This document shows positions 13,897-26,700 of a DNA stretch of 64,000 nt, one piece after another. The notes beneath the pieces were generated by a model. That model was given only the letters and a program-made list of their open reading frames with translations. It was not told the DNA's origin and ran no database searches. A program made the translations under genes and the position numbers. Source of the DNA: Lama glama. Lineage: Eukaryota. The stretch lies in the NCBI GenBank assembly GCA_028534125.1, contig CM052816.1:95854001-95918000 (forward strand), given 5' to 3'. Position 1 is the stretch's first letter; every line of letters begins with the position of its first letter.

Positions 13897-14437
13897 ATGT
13901 GTTTGCTTTCTATTGATGGTGTAACTAGGAACCACAAATGACATGAACAAACCTACCCACGTTATTATCTTCCAGTTCCGGAGGTCAGAAGTCCAACGTG
14001 GGTCTCACTGGGGCACAGTCCAGGAGTTGGTAGGTTGAGGTCCTTTCTGGAAGCTCTAGGGGAGATCTGGTTCCCTTGCTCATTCAGGCATTGACATAAT
14101 TCAGTTTCTTGAGGTTGTAGGACTGACATCCTGTGTCCTTGCTGGCTGTCAGTGGGGAGCCACCCTTACCTCCTGGAGGCTTCTCTCAGGCCTCTGCACA
14201 CTGCCCCTCTGGACCTCTAGATCCTGCTCCTGCCACTGTCTCTGATTCAGTCCCCTGCCTTCCTCATTCAATTTCAAGAACTCACAGAATTAGATTAGAC
14301 CTACTCAGATTATCAGGATAATAGTCCCATCTCCAGGTATGTCCCTTAATTGCAGGGACCGTTTTGTGATGTGAGGTGACAGAGGCACAGGTTCCAGGGA
14401 TCAGGACTTTGGCATCATTCTGCCCCTTCCAGCCCAC
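13897..14437 (-). mobile_element. MaLR solo LTR (MLT1E-like)
   Basis: cagttccggaggtcagaagtccaacgtgggtctcactggg...ggaagctctaggggaga...gttgtaggactga. Confidence 0.8.
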
Positions 14438-16118
14438 AGGGAGGCATAAGATCACGAGAGGCATGGGTCTTATTGACCTCATGACCACGGGGTCTCACTT
14501 CCCAGGCTGTGCAGTTTTGGGTGTGGGCTCAGGGAAGGAATGGACTAGGAAACCTGGGGACCTCAGCGAACGCTAGGGCATGTTCTGTGTCAGGAAGAAT
14601 GAGGTTCACATGGAGGCTTTTTTTTTTTGTCAATTTGTTTGGAAATATTTCTGACTTTTCCATAATACCTTTTATATATTCTTTAAAAGCGTTTTTAACT
14701 ACCTCCTACTAGCCAGGCACTCCTTCACAGGTGAACGTTTAGTGCGTTTCATTCCCCGGTTCTGAGGGACTTGTGGTGAAATCTGAGTCTTGAAGTTTGA
14801 GTCTCTTCACTGCAGAGTGGCCCCATCTGGAGGACATCTCACAGCCTCCTTTCCTGACCCCAAGAGGTCCTCCGCTTTCAGGGTAAACATAGGTGACTAG
14901 AGAGTGCGAACAGCAAGATAATTCATTTGGGGCCGTCGTTTGGATTTTGTTCAGAGGCTAAGTGAAATAAAAAGGAATCTGGTAATAAAATGAAGATCTT
15001 CTCTTGGGCCTGACCCCTTATGACTTAACAACAATGTTCATGTCGTGTGTCTTCTCTTCTAAGAGCTTCAGGTAGTTGTGTTATGGGACCATCATCAAGT
15101 ATGTGCCCACTCCCTGACCTCTTACATGTCAGGTAAACCTGACTGGGGAACCAAGTGATGTCATGTGGCTCTGCCCATGGTCGCCAGTGTGGCAGCTCTC
15201 CGGGATGCTCACCAGATGGAAGACCTTCAGGCAGGTGGAAACCAGCCCCGTGCAACTGGCTGGGCTGACTGGCCTAACTAAGTAAAGGAAGGTTAAGTCT
15301 GAGAGCATTATTAAATTCAGGACTGTCATCCCTCCCAGAAGGTAGCTGGTCTAGGTCTTGAGTATTAGTCATAATTAGGGAAGTCCAGGTGGCCTTCGGA
15401 AGCCAACCTCAGTCACGGAAGTCCCGGCATCTTTAGGGAGAAGGATGCCCCCCTTTCCCTGAGGCAGGCGTTCAGGGCAGCCCCTGTGCCCCACTGCGGT
15501 CAGTACAGGTCTGGGTTCAACTTTTCACTTTGAGAGCCTAGGAACTGGTTTCTGTCAGTTTTCATGGAGGTTATCAAACTTTGGGGGTCTGAGCAGGAAA
15601 ATTATTACCAGGCAGATTTATTAAATCTGAATATCGATTTGCTGATTTTCCACAGGGGATAGGCTTTGCAGGCGTAAAGGATATTTGTATCCAAGGCAAC
15701 CTCGCCTGGAAAAACAGATGTAGACAGAGAGCAAAGCGAGCGTGAGGGTTTCGTGGGCTGCTATATTCATAGCGTGTCTTCCGTGACTTCTGAAAACGAG
15801 GCTCTAGTGATTAGAAGACCGTGTTGTGCTGTTATGGCGGTTTTACAGTAAATGATACCTTTCAGTTTTCCACGGCTCTAGACTCCCAGCAGGCTTGTCA
15901 CGGGAGCACATTGCCTCCTACTTGCTGCAATGTAGTTGAATAAGTAGCAGTTTTTAAATTGGATTATCAACCAACTTTGCTACCATTACTGCTATATCAA
16001 TAGGAAGTCATTTGGGGTAAATTAATTTGATCCACGGGTAACTCATCCATTATTGATTATTTACGAGATTTAATTGTAGAAAGTATCTGGTGCACTTTAT
16101 TGCAACACTTCGCGTCTG

Positions 16119-16276
16119 CAGAGCTTCTCCCCATGTGAGTTTCAGACCAGCAGCGTTGGCACCGCTGGTGAGCTTGAAAGACATGCGCGTTCACGGTCTG
16201 CTAAATCAGGCTCTCTGAGGACGGAGTCCAGGAAATGGTTTTAATGAATCGTTCAGATGATCCTTCTGTGCATGGA
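16119..16276. mobile_element. MER5A-like hAT-Charlie DNA transposon remnant
   Basis: cagaccagcagcgttggcacc..gagcttg..agacatgc...ctgctaaatcag..tctctgagg..gagtccaggaa pattern. Confidence 0.65.
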
Positions 16277-16527
16277 ATGGTGAAGGGCATGGATTCTAGG
16301 GCTAGACTGCCGGGGTTTGTTTTTCAGCTTTTTCACTGCAGGCCGGATACCCTCAGGTAGTTACTTATAACATCTCTGCGACTCAGGTTTCTCATCTGTG
16401 CAATGGGCTTCATAATGGTTCTTACCTCCCAGGGTTGTTGTGAGGGTTAACTGAGCACGAGTAAAGTATGTTCTGAACAGTACGCGGCAAGTAGGAAGCA
16501 CGTGCTAAGTGTTTGCCACCATTATTG
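16277..16527 (+). mobile_element. MIR SINE, near full length
   Basis: Core ctcaggtttctcatctgtgcaatggg...cttacctcccagggttgttgtgagggttaa and the 3' tail gtgctaagtgtttgccaccattatt. Confidence 0.85.
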
Positions 16528-16964
16528 TTTTCATTCCAGGGCTGATGGACAGAGGCTGCTCCCATTTTCTGAGAGCTCAGCCTCTGAACGGTGGTGGGTG
16601 AAGGCAGAAGAGCCCCAGCAAGAGCGAGCTGGCATCTCCAAGGCCTGGACCCCATGGCTGAATATATCTGACCCTGCTTTCCTCACCACCACAGGCCTGT
16701 TGGTTTTTGAGGTCGCTTTTGCCTTTGAAACTTCATTCCTAAACATCATCCCACGCTCCTTTTCTGCTAGAGCCATGTCAGGTGAAGTGTAGGCCAGTGC
16801 TCTTACCAGTCAGAGTGGGAATATTTGCAGTAGAAGCAAATGAAAGTTTTAAGAGGAGAGTGGATCTCAGGCACCTGCTTTTGATGTCAGTCCTGAGTAG
16901 ACTGAACTTCAAGGTAAAGCCTATCTCTGTAAAGATAACAGAGCTTCCAAAGTACATGGTTAAT

Positions 16965-17570
16965 GTTTTGGTTCTTTAAAATTACACAAATAAGTCATGT
17001 TAATTGAAATAAGAATTAGAAAACGCCATATAGCAAAAGGAAAAACACTCAGTTATAATTCCATTGTCTGGAGAAAATATCAATTCATTTTTTAGTTGTA
17101 TAGTTTTTCTGTGTGTATTTTTTAATTGAAATTGGACTATACTGTAATTTTAACTGGCTTTTAAAACTTAACATATTATGAATGAGTTTTTAATATCAAT
17201 AATTGTAGGTTATTATACATCACTGCTAATTATTGAATTATACTTTATTGTCATTCATGATTTATTTAAATACTCCTTTAGGGATTTTTTTCAAATATTT
17301 TTTCGTCTTATAACCCATGAACAATGAAATCTCATGTCCCAATATTCATAGACACACACCTGATAATTTCCTTAGAACGCATTCTTACAGGCTGAACTAC
17401 TGGATCAAGAGGGCAAAGCATTTTAAGGGCTTATATTAAATGTTGCCAAATTACCTTCCCCCGAAGTTATACCTGTTTTCGCTTCCGCTGAAGTGGGTAA
17501 AAATGCCATCATTTAAAGTCTTGCCGACACTGGATATTTTGCCTCATTTTAATCTTTCCCAGTTTAAAAA
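16965..17570 (-). mobile_element. Old LINE-1 3' region (L1ME-like); continues in pieces at ~17930-18400 and ~19050-19400
   Basis: AT-rich antisense L1ME phrases (ctggatcaagagggc..catttt, tgttgccaaattaccttcc). Confidence 0.6.
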
Positions 17571-17574
17571 TGCA

Positions 17575-17880
17575 CTCTCACTCAATGAAACAGTCAAGAA
17601 ATATTTATTAAGAACCTATATGCTCCCGGCACTCAACCTCCAGCATCGTCCTTACAGAACTTACTAGTGGGGCGATTGTTCGAGGAAATGACGTTCAGCG
17701 CAGGAGGAACGCTCTGTGAGGGCGCATGCGCGGCACAGCGCCGCAAAGCAGGGCTTCCCAGTCCGCCCCGGGAGTCAGGAGAGGCTGTCGAAGAGGTGGC
17801 GTCCGGATCGGGATCTGGAGCGTTAATCGGAGTTACCCAGACATCAAGTTGGGAAATGGTGGCCCTGGAGAAGGAATGGA
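17575..17880 (-). mobile_element. LINE-2 3' end remnant, unusually CpG-rich
   Basis: Starts with the antisense L2 tail (caagaaatatttattaagaacctatatgctcccggcact) and follows L2 order through gggagtcaggagaggctgtcgaagaggtggcg and ggagttaccc. Confidence 0.7.
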
Positions 17881-18404
17881 AACCCCAGTGGCAGGAGGAG
17901 GCAGGGCAAGGTCAGGACAAGGCATGGACTGGTTTTAATTTGGATTTTCTTGATTTCCAGACAAGTTAAAAATTTTAAACACTTATTAGTTATATTTTGG
18001 TGTGTGGGAACTGTTTATTCATATCTTTTGCTTATTTACCCATCCAAGTGTTTAGTGTATTTTGCTTTTCTATTTCTAAGAACACTTTTAGAGGTATATT
18101 AACTTTTGGTCAATCACACATTTAAAATGGTGTTTAGGGTCTATATACTCTTTAATAAATTGCCTACTTTATAATCTTTGCTGATTCAGTGGGTTTGTTT
18201 TTTGTTTTGTTTTGTTTTGTTTTTTGTCTTTTCAGGTTTGAGATTTCTTCATAGAATAAAGTATGGATCAGTCTCTTACACATAATGTTTTCTGGTTGTT
18301 ACTCATCTTTTAATATTGTTTACGGTGGTTTCTTTGATCCCAGAGAAATTTAAATTAAGCAGTTGGTTTGTCAGCCTTTTCTTTAAATACTAAGCTCTTC
18401 TTTA

Positions 18405-19042
18405 CTTAATACTTTTATGAAGCTATAATCGTCATAGGAGAAGGTTTGTAGTTTGATGAGTTTTGACAAATCTCTGAATCTTGGAGATGTGGAATATTTC
18501 TCTCATCCCAGAAAGTGCCCTCATGGTCTGGTCTAGTCAGTTCTTTCTGGACCCCACGCCCTGACCGCAGACCACCATTGCTCTGGTTTCCAGCATCAGA
18601 GGCTCATTTTGCTTATTCTAGAACGTCTATAAATGCAATCACACAGTATGTACCCTTTCCACTAAACATAATGTTTTTGATATTTGTCCATGTGGTTGCA
18701 TGGGACAATAGTTTGCTCCTTTTAATTCTGAACAGTAATCCATCGCGTGACTATATTTCAATGTCATTATCGATTCATCCTAGTGTCTCTTGGGTGACAT
18801 TTGGTTTCTTTTATATTTTTGGCTATTATGGAAAAGCTGCTATGAACATTCCTTTTATGAGTCTTTTCGTGGACATACGCTTTATTTCTCTTGAGCAAAT
18901 AAAGCGATAGGAATGAAGTTGCTAGATCATAGACTATGTGTATGTCTACTAACTTTGTAATGAGCGTATACACTATCTTCCAGAGTAGCCGTATCATTCT
19001 CACTCCCACCAGCAAGATATGTTGTTCCACATTTTCACCACT
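18405..19042 (-). mobile_element. LINE-1 3' UTR fragment (L1MB/MC-like)
   Basis: gtttgatgagttttgacaaa...aaagctgctatgaacatt...cactcccaccagcaa...gttccacattttcacca. Confidence 0.8.
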
Positions 19043-20104
19043 TGTTTCATCTTTGATTAATTTCTACATAAATTCCAAGACATTGGGAATCTAACTTTCT
19101 CTCTCCCTGGGGGATTAGCCACTTATCTCAATAACATTCATCGAATAGTCCGTAATCTCTCCATTGCTTTAAGTACCAAAATGATTTTATATACATTTTT
19201 CTTCTCTGGACTATCCATTTATTTCCTGGTTTTCTGAGGGCAGTGTTACTCCATTGTGGTCACTGTTGCTTCATAATACGTTTCAGGATCTGAGAGTGAA
19301 GTCTCTCCTCTTTACTCTTTGTTGTTGTTGTTGTTCCAAAAGGTCTCTGGCTATTTTTATGCATTTAATCTTCCTTGGAGTTTAGGATTATTTTCCTAAA
19401 AGGTTGATATTTGTAAGTTAAGCAATGATAGAGGGACAGAGAATAAAATTAATAGATTGTTCTAGCCTTCTGTAAATTTTATCCAAGAGAATAGTAACTT
19501 GTAATGTGTGCTTTTTTTTTCTTTAAGCGTTAGGTGTTATTTCTACACAGCAAATGCAGGTAGAATTTTTGTTTTTGTTTTTGTTTTAAATTCCATAATG
19601 AGTTGAAATTCAGGAGTCCTTTTAGTCAGAACTTCAGGCATCATGGAAATTCCTCTGGAAATTAATTTTTAAAGTTCTTGGCTTCCTGGAGTATATTTTT
19701 GTAGGGGAATTTACATTTCTTGTTAATCCGCTGCAGATACGGTTACAATGCTTTCAAGGCACACCACCAAGACTGCCCTTCTGAGCTCTCAGACCCAGAT
19801 CTCGCCAGACGTCACCCACTGATGGGGCAAGTTGTTACCCAGAGATCATTTACTAACCCCAAAGCAGTTAGCAACCTCACCTCCATGCTCAGAAGTCACC
19901 ATATGACCATGGAGCTTGGTTTGGAGAGCAAGAGTGGTTGTGGCCCACGTCAAGGAAGGAAGAGTAGACTTTGAATATTTTGGAATAGTTCTTATTTGGG
20001 GGCTAATTGTCAGAGCTATTGATTAAAATTTAAGACAGTCATTGATGCAATAACATGTGGTTTCTTTCCTTCACATGTGCTGGAGGTTAAGATCTAGGAA
20101 ATCC

Positions 20105-20760
20105 AAACTGAAAATAATGAGGTTTAGTGAGGATGTGGAGAAATTGAACCCTTGTGCCATGCTGGTGGGAATGTAAAATGGTGCACTGCCATATCTGGCT
20201 GTTCTTGAAAAAACTAAATGGAGAAGTACCATACGATCCAGCAGCTCCACTTCTGGGTATGTACCCCAAAGAACTGAAAGCAGGGCCAAGAACAGATATC
20301 TGTTTACAGCAGCATTATTCACAGTTGCTTAATTTGGAAGCAACAGAGGAACAGATAAACAAAATGTAGTCTATACACACAACAGAATATCATTCAAGCT
20401 TAAAAAGGAAGAAAATTCTGACATGTGTTACAATATGGAGGAGCCTAGAAGAAGACATTATGCTACGTGAAATAAGCCAGTCACAAAAGGACAAACACTA
20501 CGTGATTCCACTCACGTGAGGAACTTAGCCAAATCCACAGAGACAGAAAGTAGATGATGTTTGCCAGGGGCTGAGGGAGGGGATGGGGAGTTGTTTAATG
20601 GGTGCAGAGTTTCGGTTTTGCAAGATGAAAAACGTTCTGGAGGTGGATGGTGGTGATAGTTGCACAAAAATATGAATGTACTTAATACAATTGAACTATA
20701 CACTTAAAAATGGTAACTTCTATGTGACATATATTTTAGCACAATTTACATAAATTTTTA
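20105..20760 (+). mobile_element. LINE-1 ORF2 end plus 3' UTR (L1MB-like)
   Basis: The ORF track shows CWWECKMV...VPYDPAAPLLGMYPKELK (L1 ORF2 C-terminus). The 3' UTR ends cacttaaaaatggtaa. Confidence 0.88.
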
Positions 20761-20768
20761 GAAAGTCA

Positions 20769-21025
20769 GTAAATAGTGCTTCTGTGAACACTGGGGTGCA
20801 CGTATCTGTTTGAATTAGATATAGGCCCAGATATGTTCCCAGGAGTGGGATTGCTAGATCCTATGGTAACACTATTTTTAGCTTTTTGTTTGTTTGTTTG
20901 TTTTGTTTTGTTCTCCATGCTGTTTTCCATAGTGGCTGCACCAAATTGTATTCCCATGTTGTACATCAGAAAATAACACAATATTGTAAATCAACTAAAC
21001 TTTAATAAATATATCTGTGTATATA
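20769..21025 (+). mobile_element. Short younger LINE-1 with 5' inversion
   Basis: 20769-20957 is antisense L1 ORF2 end. About 20958-21010 is the sense L1 3' terminus (gttgtacatcagaaaataacacaatattgtaaatcaacta...aataaa). Confidence 0.75.
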
Positions 21026-21091
21026 TTTAAAAGGTCAATGAAACAAAAAAATCCTAGGAATTCCAGATTCTAAAAAAAACTTTCAGGGTCA

Positions 21092-21520
21092 TTGTATTAT
21101 TCATGGTATATTAACTGTGAAACAAACAATCCCCAAATTTGGTTGGCTCCATGTGATAAAAGTTTGTTTCTCACTCATATTTCCACCCACTGTGGGTTTG
21201 AAGGGGCAAGTGGCAGTGGGGTAACTGCTCCATGTAGTCATTCAGGGAACCATATATAATCCTTCCATCATGTGGCCCCAGCTTCCTCTGGCTTTTTTGA
21301 GTGCTCTCTATTCAGCCAAGAGACGAAGAGGCTGAGGATAGTGCTTGGGCAGTTTTTATAGGCCAGCGTTCAAAGGGGCACAAGCCAGTCCTGGTGATAT
21401 TCCACTGGCCTGAACTCCCTCATCATAGGGAGCTACCTCATGCAAGGGACACTGGGAAATGTAGTCCAGCTGTGTGTCCAGAGAAAGAAGGAGACTCATA
21501 CTTGTGAGAACTGCAGGTCT
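21092..21520 (-). mobile_element. MaLR solo LTR (MLT1J/K-like)
   Basis: aacaaacaatccccaaat...aaagtttgtttctcactcat...tgcaagggacactgggaaatgtagtccagctgtgtg. Confidence 0.7.
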
Positions 21521-21746
21521 CTGTGACAGACACTGTGCAAGCCACTCAAAGGGCATAACAAAATGATAAGAGCATCAGTAGTATTCCTAGCAGTCAGAAT
21601 CCTGTCGGAAAGCTATTTCTAATGGGGAGCAGAGAGATATTAGGTCTCCATGATCAGTCCCACCCCATTTCCTTAGCGTGATAATATGTAGTCATGTGAC
21701 TCTACATATAACTATTCCAATTTAGCCACATTTGGTACGAAGATCG

Positions 21747-21760
21747 GTTGCTTTAGCAAC
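21747..21760. promoter_or_regulatory. Candidate RFX X-box (GTTGCT-TT-AGCAAC)
   Basis: Exact fit to the X-box consensus GTNRCY(N0-3)RGYAAC, within a 9-bp-arm inverted repeat (21744-21763). Motif only; function untested. Confidence 0.45.
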
Positions 21761-21983
21761 CGACCCCTAAACGTCCTCCCGACCTTCAGGCGAAGTGTCT
21801 CTCAGTGGTGCAGTCATCACTAGGATCAGAGCCAGCGCATCGATGGGAGAGTCCAGAAGCTTGATCAGCTCCAGTGGTACAGCTGGGAACATGGAAACCC
21901 AGCAGCTAGAGGCCCGCTGCCAGGCTCTAGACAGCTTTCCCACCTGCAAGGCAGAGCTCTGACAGTCGTTCATCTCCTCTTTG

Positions 21984-22488
21984 TGTAACGCGAGTGCCTG
22001 ATTTGAGCTTCGATGCTGAGGCATCCCCTTCAAAGGTGGTTGATTTGAATGAATACAATTGCCAGCCACAAAAGTAGATAAAGAGCCAGCCGCCTCCTCC
22101 CTCGAGGCTCCTTTGTTTTAGAGGTCCTGGTTGATTTAGATAGCCAACCATATTTGGGCTACTTTTTTTCCCCCTTCCTGTGCTTTAAACTCCTTCTCTG
22201 ATATTTTAAATTCACCCCACGAAGAGTGAGCCTTTGAAGCCCCAGACCACCATCCTGGACCCCAGTAAAAGCAGAACCTCAGGCTCCTGTGTTCTCTCTT
22301 TCTCTCTCCTTTTGACCTCACTCTGTGGCCCCAGGTGTGTTGTATAATTTCCGGGTCTTTTAAGTAATAAAATCTCTATTTTTTCAAAGTTCCCTGATGG
22401 TTATTGCTGAAGGGTGTCTTGCGATCAAAAGAACCACAAGGGCTGGTCCAACCACAACACTGGTTACTGACGAGCTGAGACCAGCACA
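21984..22488 (+). mobile_element. Probable ERV solo LTR (family not identified)
   Basis: TGTAAC start, TATA-like cagtaaaagc, CT-rich R-like tract, AATAAA at ~22366. No TSD resolved. Confidence 0.45.
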
Positions 22489-23419
22489 AAACGTCACCCT
22501 AGACGAGCCCTGGCGCTGAAGCGGAGAGGGAGTGGATGAGGTTCTAGGGGGCTGCTGAGCCCCAGCCACAGCTTCTGTAGATCCCGTGTTGGCTCCTGGC
22601 CTCTGGAGTGTTCTTTAGCCCCAAACCCTCACCAGGGCTGCTTAAGAAAGACCCGTATCTACGTAGAGCTGAGCTGCACTCACTCAAATGGAAGGAGCTA
22701 TGAATTCACCTTTGTTTTTATTACATGCGTATTCATAAAACTTTGGGTTTGGGTTATCATATTTAACAAAATGAGACCTTTAAAAGTTGTTACAGATTTC
22801 TCCATTCAGTATGTCTACATACATGAAAAATCTTCACAAATATGAATTACTTCCCAATTTATCTGGTCAGATCAGAATTTAGCCTATTGGGTGATTTTAA
22901 GTAACATGCTGTTGCTTTATTTCACATTTTTTTCTGCTGGAAAGTTTCATTACTTATTTCTGGTTTGGTTCTGCTTCTCCGGCCCACGACCTTCTCCAGA
23001 TACTTCTATCTGTCTGAATAATTATTGATCCCATTATGTAAAACAGAAGTCTCAGCACTGATTTATGTTAATTAAACTTAGTAGCTACAATGAGGATCAA
23101 TTCAATGATGTATATATGAGACTGGAAACACTGTCCTTCTTCCAGGCTGCCACGTTGATCATCCTAAGAGCATTAGTCCGATGGGGTCTGGTGACGGCGT
23201 ATGTTCAGTTTTGCCGTTTGGGATTTCTCCACATCACAACGTAGCCTTTTGATACCTTGTATACTCTGAGTCCATCAGAAGCTCATAGAAGAGGTCTTGA
23301 TATTTCCTGAGTGTTCAAAACAGTAGCCATTGTAAGAATTATTTCCCAGCCAATCTGCAGGCTGCGTTCTCTAGTGGTCCTTTCCACAATGTCATTGAAG
23401 AGCAGATGTATTTTTATTT

Positions 23420-23775
23420 TAAACATTTAGTTATGTGTTCATTTATCAAAGAGTTTTGTGCACCTACTATGTATCAAGGACTATCTAGTTACTGGGGATA
23501 CATCAGTGAACAAAAATTGTCTTTGTTTGGGGGAATTTTAGGTTCTAGGAAGAGAAACAGATAATGAACATGAATGTGTTCAGTAGTGCTAAGTGTTAGC
23601 AAAGAAAAGGAGACTGAAGCCTGGGACGGGAATGAGGATGAGGATTAGGGGTGATGATGGGCTGGGGCTGGGAAATCAGATGAGACCTTGCTGATGAGGT
23701 GACATTTGAGCTCAGTTAGGACAGGGCCTGAATCGTGTGGCTATGGAAGAATGTTCCAAGCATGTTAAACTTCAG
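23420..23775 (-). mobile_element. LINE-2 3' fragment
   Basis: gcacctactatgtatcaagg..actggggatacatcagtgaacaaaa...gaggtgacatttgagct is the antisense L2 signature. Confidence 0.8.
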
Positions 23776-26700
23776 GCTGCTCAGATGGCAGAACCTGCAC
23801 CCCACAGGGTCCACCCTGGCATTTGGTGCACCATACCTGACAACAATCAGTGCAAAACCAGAGGCACAAAGTCACGTTATCCCCAATGTAATGGACCCGG
23901 ACCTTCATGCAGAAACCAGCCAACACTAGAAATGCCGTTGTACATCCATCCGCTCTACACGGCCAACAGTGCATGGGAGATGCACCTCACTTGTGCAATT
24001 TTTATTTTTATTTGTCTTCCTCCCCCCTCCCCCGTTTATTAGTGTTTTCAGGGACAAACACTGGTGCCTGTTCGTTTGTTTTTAATCCAATTTCTTTAAT
24101 CTGGAAAAAAGTTTCCTGTAGTGAAGCAGCCATAAATGAGTCCAGCATGTGCATAATAAGATTATAATTCTTAAGCTATGTTAGGGCATTTTTTTTTTTT
24201 GTCATCTTACTTAGAAGATACAAATTTTCCGGTGCCTGTACTATTTACTTACAGATCTTCGGCAAGAATTGGTTGTCTCGAAAATGCCTTCTTGAAAATC
24301 ACCAAATGTCTTTTATTCCTCCATTACTAATTTTACTTTTCATCTGAATATTTTCAGCACCAATTGCAGACTGAATAACTGTCTCCATTTGGGCTGTAAA
24401 TTGCTTATAATTAAGTTTGCTTTTTAATTGCATATTTCTGTGCAGGCCATTATCCCTGGTTTAAGACAGACAGGCACATTTGTTAAGTATTCTTGGTTTT
24501 AGATTTTTTTCAAATCTGTTATTTAAAAAAAAAAATATATATATATATATAGCCTTTTCCCCAAAATGAGAGATATTAGCTCTTCTTTTGGTCATGAATC
24601 TAACTTCACTTTAATAAAATTTTCTTTTGCTTGAAGGTATTGACAGGAGTGGATGCAGTTTGCATATTTTGACCCTCTCTTAGATCACAAATGCAAAACA
24701 AATGTAAATGTGGCTCCACTCACAATCCCTTTTTGCATTGCTCAGGGTAACCTGCTGGAACACGCGTGTGCATATTCGTGTTTCGTTAAAAATCCACATC
24801 TGAGCTAGAACTTGCCCTAGGACATGTTACCACTATTGACTTTTGATTAAATTTTAGGAAATTGGGAAAGCAGAAGCGGATAAAGTTCTACTCCAGAGAG
24901 GTATCACCCAGGAATATTTTGGGAAGATGAGACGACGCTAGATCCCTGAGACTCTAAACTGGGGTCTTTGCGTTGGAGTCAGCAAGCTTCTGCATAAATA
25001 GTTTGCAAATACTCCCAACTCTCCTTAACTTTTACATTTCTCGGTGTAGCATTTGCCACATCATGGCCTCCAAAAAACAGTAGTGGCAAGTAACTTATTT
25101 CAAATGTAATTGTGAACAGATTTTTGAGTCAGTATATTAATTTAATCATTCTACTGCTTCCAGGCGTCGGTAATGATTCACATGAATAAACGCATAGCAC
25201 AGAAGGTCCCTGGGAGGTGTTTACTTAACGGACAAAGAAACAAGTACCATGTCAAAGATCTGGGTGTGCCAAGGTGCTCGGTACCTTTGCTAAATGAAGG
25301 AGCAGATCTTGAAGACAGCTTTCAGCTGTAAGATCCTTCCGGCACTGCTTTGGTCAGGTCCACCTTTGATGGTGACCTCTCAGGATTAAGCAGGTGTTTC
25401 TAGCTCTCTTTCAACGACTGGGCTTTGTGGACCTCACAGCAAACTCACTGTCAGAACCACAAGATGAGAGAGTCTCTAAATCAGGGCCAGGAGTGAGCTG
25501 ATGGAGAAGGGGCTCACTAGGGGAGGAAAGCTGGAGAGGAGGTCCTTCATGGATGCCCTGGTGCTGATGCTGCCCCCACCCTCTACCGAGTGGACGGCCC
25601 TGCTGGGGCTGAACAGGGCTTGGATCCCAATGTTTGCGAGATGCTCCTGGGCATAGATCGTTAGTATAGAGTCTTCCTACATGATGATACAAGTCCAAAA
25701 AACGGGCAGAGGGGTCAAAAAAAAAAAATTGAGGTCTTCATTTTGGCAGGGCCCTGCCTTGCAAAGAGTGGGCCATGCCTCACTTCTGTTTCCCTAGTCA
25801 TAGCAAATGTGGGGCCAATGGAGACCTAGCTGAGGTAGGTCGCCTCTGCTACTGCTTGGGGTAACCGTCTCATGTACCCCAAGGCTCAGTGCGTGGAAAC
25901 TTCATCTATCCTTACAGAAGGCGTGGCTACGGCCTCTTCCTGTCTCATGTCAACCCACCTGAAATGATGCAAGATCAAGGCAGATCACCTCTTGTAGATC
26001 TGATAGATTATTTGGAGGAAAAGAAAGGCAGGAAAATAGGTCTCATAGACCAGTTTTAAAAGTGGTTAGAAACTGAAATGAGGTCTAAATGTCCGTTCCC
26101 AGCAATCTGGGCCAACAAGAGCGATTTGAGGTGCACAAATGATCAGTCCATGTAATTAAGGTCGTGTTTTCCTCTCAGCGTGGTGCTTGTCTCCCCTCCG
26201 CCCCTCCTCCGCACCACTGTGTACCCACGGTCATATTTACTTCCTCCTCCTCTGTGTTATATCAAAGCGTGATGCGTTCTGAATGTATCTGACAACAATT
26301 ACTTTTGGAGTATATCTGATCTCATCCTGTTTTTATAGCCGAAATTGTGTATTTCATGATTGTGTGAATTCTTAGGAGGAAGTAAGTCTTGTAAATCACC
26401 GTGTTAAGTCATAACCAGAAAAAAGTCAGCTAAACCTAGCAGAAGTCCTCCTCCTGATTGTTTAATGGTTAACATTATCCAAACCTCCTCTGCTCCAGTA
26501 CAATTTATGATTATCTAAAATGTTTCATGCCAGGCAGGAAGAATAGATTTTAAAAACTGGTATTATTGACTTAACTCTAACAAGACAACATTCAGGTGGG
26601 TGAATAATTAAGAAAGAATACTATTTCATCAAATGAAATTTCTCTGTCATCATTTATGACCTGTGTAGGGAGCCTTAAGTGTACAAGGAAAAGTATTACT

